Shown: positions 36,001-45,754 of the stretch, in pieces
Position numbering within the stretch: the first letter of the stretch is position 1
How the letters are laid out: the number at the start of each line of letters is the position of its first letter
Source of the DNA: Monocercomonoides exilis PA203
Lineage: Eukaryota > Protista > Preaxostyla
NCBI GenBank assembly: GCA_001643675.2
Contig: LSRY02000004.1
Coordinates: 1,860,001 to 1,924,000 of the forward strand
DNA: 64,000 bases
Reading direction: 5' to 3'
Program-made: the position numbers and the translations under genes
Notes under the pieces: generated by a model
What the model was told of the DNA's origin: nothing
The model's input: the letters and a program-made list of their open reading frames with translations, nothing else
Database searches by the model: none

Positions 36001-38025
36001 AGTGACCACACACTCATGCATATTCAGAATTCATTCTTCTGCCATCACTTCCATCAGATGAAACGATGAATTCTCTCCACAAACAAATGTGATTTTTCTG
36101 AAACTTCCCTCTCCTGTGCCAATGACCACCAACGATTCTCCATTTGGTGATCTGTTGTGAATAATCACTTGAATTTTATCTTTCCATTCAAATGATATCT
36201 TCATTTTTCCAACTTCAACTTTGTTTTCATCATAATCCCCAACTTCAATGATCACTTCATTGCTGCTTCCATCAGTATCCAGCGCACTCATTCCATATTC
36301 AATTGTTTTGCATCTCCTTCCATATTCATCTCCTGCCCTCACAAACCCACAGGCCATGTGATCCAGTCCTTCCATTGAGTTCACAAACACTGGGTTGAAG
36401 AAGATCTTTGGAATCCAATTATTGTATTCTGTTGATCCTTTGACCACTCGATTGTTGTTAATACAAGTACTTGAACGACAGCGCACAAATGAATTTTTCA
36501 TTGATGCTTGTCCACCCTTCAACAGCATAGACATCGTGGACAATATTTGTAGCAGTGTTGTTTGAAAATAAGCAAAACACAATCTGAATGGCACATCCTT
36601 CTGTTCCATTGGTCCATCGAAATCCTACACCATATCTTTCGCTGAATCCACCGCAAATTGAACAATCAGTGAAAATGGCAGAAACATGATTAAAAAAAAC
36701 CAACACTCCCACCTCCATCGTATTGTGTTGTATTCTTTCTGCAACAAATAAAGTTGCATTTTTCAACAAGCAACTGATATTCGTTGTAATCAATCAGCGC
36801 TCCTCCACCAAGATGTTTTGTTAAACTGCGTGAGCAATTTGTGTTCTTCATCGAAAATGTTGAAACATAATTTAATCAATGCAACCTGATGATGCTTCTG
36901 CTGTGTCTGAATCAAAACTGGATGAAGATATCACAAATTTTTTACCGCCTGTTCTTGATGAAATCGCTCCACCACTCCAAGAAGAATAGCAAAAATGAAA
37001 ATTGCACAATGAGACATTCTAGAGACCTAAAGATGTGAAAAGTATTGCACCTCCATTAACTCATGATGAATTTTCGATTGAAAGGTTATTGAAATTACAA
37101 TCCACAGATGTTGCATCACCTGAATCCACGACTTGACTTTTCATTGTTCAATTTCCAATCACTGTATCAAAATTTGTCTCTCCGAATGCATTGAGCATAT
37201 GATGAATTCAGAGTGAAAAAAGTGATTATGTTCGAAGCAATTCTCTACAACCAATCCTCCTTCAAGTGGTGTGTCGACTTTTTCCACAAAACATATCCAG
37301 AATCGATATTCATTTTCTGAATTGCCCGTTGAACATCGGTTGCTTTGTCCTCTCGCACTTTGTGAGATGTTTGCAAAATGGAAGGTGCTGGAATTATCCT
37401 TATGTCTGTGCTTGCCAAAATAGAAATTGATCTCACAAAAACAAATGAAGAAAAATCAGAATCAAATGTCCTTCATTCAGATTGAATAAATAGCCATTTG
37501 ATGCTTCTCTTTGATGGATTGAACAACAATGAATAAAAACTGTGGATGTGTCGTTGACAATAATGACAGATCTTCTCTTTTCTTTGAAAAAGGACAACGA
37601 TTTCATTTTTCAATCAAATTACCAAAATTAACCACAGATATCGCAATGGATCTTTGATTGCGAAAAACTCTTTTTGTGTTGCAAATTATTTTCTGCTGAC
37701 AATTCTCATTTACCAATTGGTCGACATAGTCATTAAATTCTCTTCTTTTTTTTTTTTGAAAAATATTCACTTCGTTTTAACATCAACCCCGATGTTTCAG
37801 CATCTTTATTTGTGATAATGTCTTTATACATATTTTCATTTGCATAGAAGCCATGAAAATAAAACTTATCAAAAATGCTGTCTGAGTGGCAGTTGGATAA
37901 TCCTTTATCCAAAACATGTTCATTAATTGAATGGGCATCAAATTTCAAATCATTGGCCTCATGCTAGAAATAATCTCAAAGCTGATTAGCATAGCAATCA
38001 AGACAAACAAATGCAACAAACTCAT
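30080..38025 (-). pseudogene. Decayed large receptor-like surface protein: signal peptide, Cys/Gly repeat ectodomain, TM helix, truncated kinase-like tail
   Basis: Start MSLLHLFVLIAMLIS at 38025. Repeated GGG..KGRGGG, GKNVF and CG...PC units are spread over many broken ORFs. TM IVIVIFAVLFLIALVEFIIFAV, then RWKAPELL and AFSIGMMLWECLTLEIPFG. Numerous stops and frameshifts. Confidence 0.8.
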
Positions 38026-38499
38026 TTTGTATTCTTATTTGAATCATGAAATGTGTTTCTTTCGCTTTTCTTTCTTTCTTTCTTTCTTTTCTTTCTTTCT
38101 TTCTTTTTTTTTTTTTTGCTATAATATCAAATTCATCAGTGCTTCAAAAGCACATCAAAGTCATTTTGTGCACAAAGAATAACTGCTTCTTTATTTGTTA
38201 ATATCATGAGATTTTACAAAAAATATTAATTTTGCTTTATTCCATATCTATTGACCTATATTTGATATATCTGCAAATATATAAAAATGCATTATTATTT
38301 TTAATGTTGTGAGCATTGTTTTATTTGACTCAATTTTTTCTTTAAAAGAAAATCAATTTTCGAATAATTAATATATGGTTTTCCCCCTCCTTTGATCGAT
38401 TATTTTTCGAGTTTGTTCTGTTTCCTGAACAAATTGTATGTTTTTATCAATTTTTTAATTTGCTGTTTATTCTTTTATTTTCGACATATTCTCTGTCTG

Positions 38500-39854
38500 T
38501 TATCTAATCTATCAATGTTAAGAGTTCCAGATTTTTTGGAATTGTATTTTTTGTTTCAATCGCTTTTAACAATGCCCAGCAAATATTGTACTTTATTTTG
38601 CAACTTTGAATGTAAAATCAACGGTAATTGCTCAATATACGACTGTTAATAAAAATTTGTGAGGATGATTATAACGTTATTGTTAACTGTTTCGTGAAGT
38701 TATTATGTCTTTCTTTTGTGCGAAAACTTTTATATTTAAATCTATCAAATTATTTTTTCCCACTAAATAAGGCATTGATCAAAAATTATTCTCATCAATA
38801 ATATTCTTCAATAATCAAAATAAACAGATTAATATTTAAAATTCAACTAGAATTCACTCAAATATGCTTTTGAACATATTCAATTTTACTGGACCCCAAT
38901 TTGAATAGAGCATTTTTTGATCAATGATAAATAATTTTTCTTTACAGAAAAATTTGAGAAATTCACACTAACAAATTTTCAACACCAACAAGTTGATTTT
39001 GGATAAAACCCTAACATTTAAGCTGTGACAAAAAAAGCGAATAAATAAAAACCCTAAAAAAACCATTCATTTCATTTAAATTTGAACAGGATTTTGAATT
39101 TTCTGGAAAATTGAAAATAAAATATTTCTCAGTTTCCACACACAATAGGCAGAAAAAAATATATGTGCACAATATGGCATCATGACAGCTGTGACATATA
39201 ACAATTTTGTGACAGGTCGAATCATGTGCATTAACCAAATCAACTTATATCCTGTTATTATTTTCATTAGCTTTCTAATGAAAAATGATCAAACAATTTA
39301 TTTGTTGTTTTTGAATTGTTTTTTTTAAAGCCAACAGTCTTTGTTTGTTCGTTTTCGTTGAATAAAAACAAAATATTAATGGAAAAGTAATATTATGAAT
39401 GATAAAGCACATTCAATTTTTTCAGAGAAATTTTATTTGACTTTTTTTATCAAGATTATTATTTTTTTTAACCTGTTGAAATTATTCCATTGTGATCCTT
39501 TGATTAAATAAAGTTGAATCAAAAGAATATATATTTGCTTCCTCAAACGACTATATTCGTCTCCAAAAAAATATTTTTTCTTTTTCTTTGAGTGTATTTC
39601 AAGGATTTTCAGGAATTATTATTTCTCCTATGTAGTGCATTAATATTAGCATTTGATGGAAATGCTTTAGCGCATTTGTATAGAATTCTGTTCCATTAAA
39701 TATATGAGCTTTTGCACAAGAACTATCTGTTTCTCTTTCCCAATCTTCATATTGAGATTTAATCTTTTCAAGCCCAAGCATTGGAGACATAAGTGCACGA
39801 TGATACATATCTCTTAATCAAAGCGCAAGCACTTTGATTTAAAAGAAAACATTC
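38500..39854 (-). pseudogene. 3' part of a CstF-77/RNA14-like HAT-repeat pseudogene, split by the YR retroelement
   Basis: LNQSACALI/RDMYHRALMSPMLGLEKIKSQYEDWE, FWRR..FEEANIY..LFNQRI and LYVTAVMMPYC resemble successive CstF-77 HAT segments (from recall of the family). Lower boundary approximate. Confidence 0.65.
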
Positions 39855-39923
39855 TCTCACTTCCTTCTCTTCTATTTACGAGAGATCATCACTTAAGGGT
39901 CAGTCACGATCACTGATCTGAAA
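39855..39923 (+). repeat. Left ITR of YR element 1
   Basis: tctcacttccttctcttctatttacgagagatcatcacttaagggtcagtcac...ctgatctgaaa is the reverse complement of 44225-44292 with few mismatches. Confidence 0.92.
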
Positions 39924-40822
39924 ATGATGATTCCTAACAATCCTCTGGGAACAGGACTTGCGGCCGAAACGAGCGCAGTTGCGCTTCCTGGTGGTCCAAC
40001 AAGCGGGTTTCCGACATTTCCCGGACCCTTTTCCGCTTCCCAACCTTTTTCTTTTTCATCCTCACACTCACCACCTTCTACCACCCTTGGCGAAGAAAAA
40101 GAAGAAGAAATTCCACTGGAAAATTCGTTTCTTAAAATTTTTGTAAGACCCCCGGAATTATCGTTATGTGATCTTCCATTACCGGAACATGAGATAAATG
40201 GCTTGGTTTCTTCGTTGAAGACAGAGGATTTTTACCCTCTCCTCCATAATGCACCTCCACCTTTGTTAGGACTACCAGTCCGTACAAAGACGCCTTTGAT
40301 CAAGCAAGAGAAAGATGTGAGACGTTTCTTTTCCCCGCAATGAAACTTATTTTATTTGCCTATACAAAAACAAAAGATGATGAAGCTCAGGGCGCTATTG
40401 CGCAAGCATGTTTACTGCTTTCACAAGCCTTGAAAGAAGCCAGAAACGCTCGCATCCAAGCGAGATTTGGATTTACCGAAGCAGCGAGAATGAAAGAGGA
40501 TTCAGCATCACCGCTCCTAACGAAAAGGCAAAGTGATTTATAGCAAGAGGTCAGGAAAACCTCGAAGCCAACAACGAAAATGTGGACTTCGTTCTCATTA
40601 AACTCCAAATCCTTTGGGAAAAGCAGATATGGAAAACATGAAAGCTACCAACTCCCTCAGTTTTATCGTTCGGGTCCCCGGTCGTGGGCAGAGAGAAAAA
40701 CCTCAAGCTCATACAGCATAAGTCCTTCGCAACTGAGATCCAGGGGAACGAGAACCAACAAAGCCAGTTGCCTTCAATTGTTGGAGGAAGAACGGAATAT
40801 TATCGAGAAGCGTGGAGAATGA
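39924..40822 (+). pseudogene. ORF1 (gag-like) of YR element 1, with a frameshift and a stop
   Basis: ATG directly after the ITR. ALKEARNARIQARFGF matches ALQEARHMRITAKFGF in ORF1 of element 2. Confidence 0.65.
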
Positions 40823-42673
40823 TAGATGGAGAGAAGTTGGGAAAAAGAGGCGTCATTCCGATTTGGAAAAACAGGAAAGCCAGGGAGAAATTATTAAACT
40901 CAAAAATGGAAACATACAGCCCCCATCAATCAGGGGAAGCTACAAAAGCGATGGTAAAGCTGATTCAGAATCAGCTCGAAACGAACATAATACAAAAAAT
41001 ACCGAAAAGAAAGGTGAAACATTTAAATCCAGTGTTTGTGATAAAGAAAAAACAAGGGGGATGGAGACAAATTATCGATTGCAGAGCGTTGAACGATTCA
41101 ACGAAATCAATCCATTTCAAACTGGAGGATTACAGGTCACTAGAACGAATTATAACAAGAAGAGATTACGCAACAACTTTAGACCTAAGTCAAGCCTGCT
41201 ATTTAGTGAAAGTGGACGACAACTTCAAACTTTTTCTTTCTTTCGAATTTAACAATAATTTCTGTTGTTTTAACGGAATATCATTGGGATACAAAGATTC
41301 TCCAAGAATCTTAACAAAAATCATGAGGAAGGTGATACAATTCATCCGGGAGCGATGGAACGTAAGAGCAATCGCGTACCTAGACGATATCATTCTTCTT
41401 CGCCAAGACCAAAAGAAATTAAAATAAATAACTCAGAAAGTCGTTTCTCTTTTCGAAAGCCTTGGTCTACTGGAAAACATAGAAAAGAGTCATTTGATTC
41501 CCTCGCATACTTTCACCTATTTGGGTTTCGATTGGGACACGCACCAGTTCAATGTGGCTCTGGAAATGAGGAGAACGAAAGAACTTATAAAGGAATGAAC
41601 CAGATGGAGGAGGAGGTCCCTCAGAGCGAAAGAAGTGAGAGTAAGAGACCTTGCAGCGTTCATTGGAAAGCTGAACGCTTCAATGTTCGTGGTTCGAGAA
41701 GCTTCTCTGTTTCTCTCAGATCTTTATCGCACTTTAAACAAAATGGTTTCGATGGTGGGATGGAGAGGGAAGATGAGGATCAACCAGTCCATTCTCCCCA
41801 ATCTTTCCAAATGGATATCGAGGTTGAAAACCAACACGCCAAGACAACTGTGCCCACTCTTTCTTCCAGATGCAACACTAACGACAGATGCATCCAGAAA
41901 AGCTGTTGGAGCTTTTTCAAGAATCGGAAACAGTGTTTTGGATTTTCATCACAAACTCCCCTATTGGCAACGAAATCAAAGTTCAAACTATCGGGAGATG
42001 TTCGCAATCTTGTCAGCTCTGACTCACTTCTCCCCAATTCTGTTATCCAATCGCATCCACAAACTACTTATCAGATCGGACAACTCAATATCGGTGTTCA
42101 ACCTGAACAGGTGGCGGGCTGGAGCGAATTTGAGAAGACTCCTATTGAAGATTTGGAAACAAACGCACACGATGCAGATTCAAGTGAAAGTGTAACACAT
42201 CCCCGGTCAAAGAAACGAAAAGGGCCGACTCTCTTTCAAGGCTAGAAAGGGGAGGCGATCACGCAATCAAACCGGAAGCATTTCAAGCACTGAAAAAGAT
42301 GACGAATCTGAAATTCACTCTCGATGCGTTTGCAACAAGATACAATCAAAAGGTGAAGCGCTGGTGCGGGCCAGGAAGCCCGATAAACGAAGACGGTCTG
42401 CAGCATCCTTGGCGAGGAGAAACAGTTCTTGCCCATCCTCCAATCCCTCTGATTGTCCCAGTTCTCATGGAAGCAATAAAAGAGAAAGCGCGTGTTTTGC
42501 TCCTCATGCCAGACTGGAAAGGACAGATTTGGGAGCCAATATTGAACAGAATGAGAACATTCAAATGGACGTGGAGGAACCATGCGGTTCTGCTGAAGCC
42601 GGGGATTTGGATGATACGAACCGAAGCCAACCTTCCTCCAGGGAAAATGAGAGTTGTTCTCCTCAACCCGTAA
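40684..42673 (+). pseudogene. RT-RNase H-MT polyprotein of YR element 1 (interrupted)
   Basis: RT 40684-41427, RNase H 41635-42195 and MT-like 42299-42673, with stops and frameshifts between them. Confidence 0.88.
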
Positions 42674-43897
42674 CAATCTCTGTTGAAGAATGGTTTAAGG
42701 CTGTCCTCGAAGTGAAAGGTTTCTCAAACAATGTTATGTAAATTTGAAAATCCCACCTTGCACAAGCAACGTGGGAGGTGTTCATGTCGGGTCTGTCTCA
42801 TTTTGGATCGGAATGGGCTCAACGTGGATGTGGACGACCTTCGGATGAGTGGAGTGATTGGGTTGGAAAATGCTCCGATATTTTCATCACTCTTCGCGAT
42901 AGTGGAATGAAGGTGTCATCACTGTGCCAAACGAGATCTGCAGTGTCTATGCTAACTCAGCTATTATTTGACAGATGTTTGGGTGAGTTTCCGCTCATAA
43001 AAAATGTTGTTTCGCTCGTTCAAAAGAGCAGAAAGGAGAAAGAAGAAAGATAAGCCGCAGATTTGGAATCCAAAGATCATGTTGGACTACATCATAACGC
43101 TTGGAGAAAATTCAAAGCTTCAATTATTGCAATTAAACAAGAATACGATCTGCTTGTGTATGCTTTTTTCCGCATGAAGGTTTACTGAGCTTGAAAGAAT
43201 TGACCTCGGACATTCGTCGATGAGAAAAGATTCAATTGTCTTGGACAGCTCGTTAAAAACAACTATCGGAAGAACAGACATTATCATTCCCTTCTTGATC
43301 GACTCCCCATTAATTTGTCCGGCATCAGCTGTCAGAGAGTTGTGGGAGAGGCGAAATTCAACACAATCCAACCCAGTCCATTTATTTGTTGGAAAAGACC
43401 AAATGAACGCCTTATCAGCAAGGTCATTGAGAAAACTTGCAAAAGAGTTCCTAACTGAAGCAGGAGTTCCAGAGCACTTTGGCCCTTATTCGTTGAAGCA
43501 TTCTTCCATTTCCGCACTAACAATGGCCGGAGTTCCGGTGGCACAAATTGCAAGATTTGCCAGGCTATCTCCTAAGAGTGACACGATCTCAAGACACTAC
43601 TTTCGTTCCGACGTAACAATGACGTGTGCAAAAACAATTGCATGTCAAACCAATACAACACCGCTGGAACATAGCCTTGTGCAACACGAAACCTTAACGC
43701 AAACAGCGGCAGCAGGCACTTCCCAGAAGCAGGAAATTATTTTTGATGACAAGTCAGATTGCAACACCACCAGCGAATCATCTTCAGAAAGCGATAACTG
43801 TGAAGATGAGACGGATCAAAACTACAAAGATGATCAAACGCCAGTTCTGCGCGAAATAAAAAAAGTCTCACCCGAAAGGTTACAGTTCGTCAGCTGA
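42640..43897 (+). pseudogene. Tyrosine recombinase of YR element 1 (interrupted)
   Basis: N-terminal SAM-like part (RSAVSML), then RFTEL, LKT, CPASAVRELW, LFV, PYSLKH, ARL..RHY. Confidence 0.82.
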
Positions 43898-44224
43898 GGC
43901 TGTTCAAGAAAAGACGATTCAACTGTCGGTGCGTACAAGATACCAGTGAAAAAAGGAACAACTGGAAAGATTGCTCAATGATGATGAATAATGAGATTAT
44001 TTATTTGAAAATAATCTCATGAAACGCCCAATTATGTGTATTCTCTTCTTCCCGCCCCTATACACTCCCACCCTTTTTTTTTACAGATTCTGTTAATGAC
44101 CCATTTTCCTTCTTCTTCAGGCGTGATATGAAAGGAGCTCCACAACATTTTCATGTTTCTTTATTATATTTTCTATCCTTTTAGCTATTTCACATCACCA
44201 TTGTAATCTAGTTCTATTTTTGCA

Positions 44225-44292
44225 TTTCAGATCAGTTGGGTGACTGACCCTTAAGTGATGATCTCTCGTTAATAGAAGAGAAGGAAGTGAGA
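44225..44292 (-). repeat. Right ITR of YR element 1
   Basis: Reverse complement of 39855-39923. Confidence 0.92.
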
Positions 44293-44700
44293 TTCACATT
44301 TTCTTTTCCAATTGCTGAACTGGGTCAGGATTCCATGTGCTTTTTCTCTCAAAAAAGTGATGCATCTTTTCCAAATTTGTATTGAATAAACGCAGCTGCT
44401 AATTTTTTGTATTTCATCTTCGTTCAATGAAATAACTTGATCAGTATAAAAGTTCTTTTCATTCTCTAAAAATTGAATAAAATTTTCATAAAGAAAAACA
44501 GGTTGTGGATTTTAAGCTTGACTTCAAAAGTTTCTCAACTGACTCAATTTTCCCTTTGCTCGATTCAAGATCAATCAACCATTTCTAATATATGCGCATG
44601 ACAGATATAATTATTAAAAAAATAACGGAAGAAAGCCTTCCAGAAATTAATAAAACATGGTTCAATATCTTTATGATAATGAAGCAAAAAACATCTGCTT
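44293..44700 (-). pseudogene. 5' part of the CstF-77/RNA14-like pseudogene
   Basis: Y*KWLIDLESSKGKIESVEKLLKSSLKSTTCFSL*KFY and SIQIWKRCITFLRE resemble the first CstF-77 HAT repeats. The two stops sit at positions where Trp is expected. Confidence 0.7.
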
Positions 44701-45754
44701 CGTTATCATAAATGTTTTTTTCAATGGAATCTTAAACGATTCTAAGTGGAATAGATGAGTTAATATCGGTTAATTATTCATTATTCATTGAAATATTGAT
44801 TTCTTAATGAAAATATTTATATTATGGTGAAGTTAACTTCAGATAATTATCTTTATTGTTCGCAAGCAATTTATATGAATGAAGTCACCCCTAATGTTAA
44901 TGTTTTTCTTTTATCCTCAATTTCATCAAAGAATATATTTTGGTTACGATCAACTGAAGAAGATGATATAGAAAATCTATCTTTTTCACATCTGCCATTG
45001 ATAAAGGAACTCGGTGCGCATTTATACAGTAGAGAATTTATATATTTTATAGGAATGCTATCGCTTATTGAAAGAATTGAACTTGCAAAGCCCAAAAATG
45101 AATTCAACTTATCAAAATAGTTTTATCATGAATTATTTTCAATTTTCAAATTGATAACTTTACCAACTTTTTTGTATTTTTTCTTTTTTTCAAATTGAAT
45201 CAATTTGTTGTATTCTTGACAAATAAATAGAATTTCATTTTCTTTTCATTTTTAGTTTGCTTTGATTGATGTTTTAAAATACTCTTATTGAAAATGAAAT
45301 TCTCATACCCCGTTGTGCACATTTAAAAATCCCAGAAATTCAATTTGTAACATTCATTTAGTTATTATTTCAGCGTTATGATGTGAAATAATTAAGCTTT
45401 AAACGGTCATTTCTCAATATCAAAAAGAAACTCACATTAATTTCAAATAGTGATATAAAATAATAATGATGAAAAATATAACTTTAAAATACAGGGTATA
45501 ACTGAATGATTGAAATAGTGGATTACAAAGAATGCGAATAAATAAAAAATGAATCAAATCGACTGTGTTTTTTGTTCATTCGCAAAAACAATAAACGCAA
45601 TTATAATAATAATAATAAACTATGTTCAAATAGTTTATTGGGTTTAACTTTCGAAAATAAAAGATAAAACAGTTTTATTCTACAAAAAATCCATAATAAT
45701 TTTAAAAAGTGATTCAAATGTTCTTGTTTGAATCATCAGAAGATATTTAAACTT

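Larger units (their letters stand above)
39855..44292 (+). mobile_element. DIRS-like tyrosine-recombinase retrotransposon copy 1 (gag-like, RT, RNase H, MT-like, YR), full length but decayed
   Basis: About 69-bp inverted terminal repeats at 39855-39923 and 44225-44292. RT motifs FVIKKKQGGWRQIIDCRALN, LDLSQA, AYLDD; RNase H motifs TDAS, NYRE, RSDN; MT-like AHPPIPLI..MPDWKGQIW; YR motifs RFTEL, CPASAV, RHY. Confidence 0.92.

Noticed and set aside
25490-44700. Stop-codon reassignment (TAR=Gln or TGA=Trp) as an explanation for in-frame stops
   Set aside because: Intact genes have multi-kb frames without internal stops and end in TAA, TAG or TGA. The broken regions also contain frameshifts, so they are pseudogenes.
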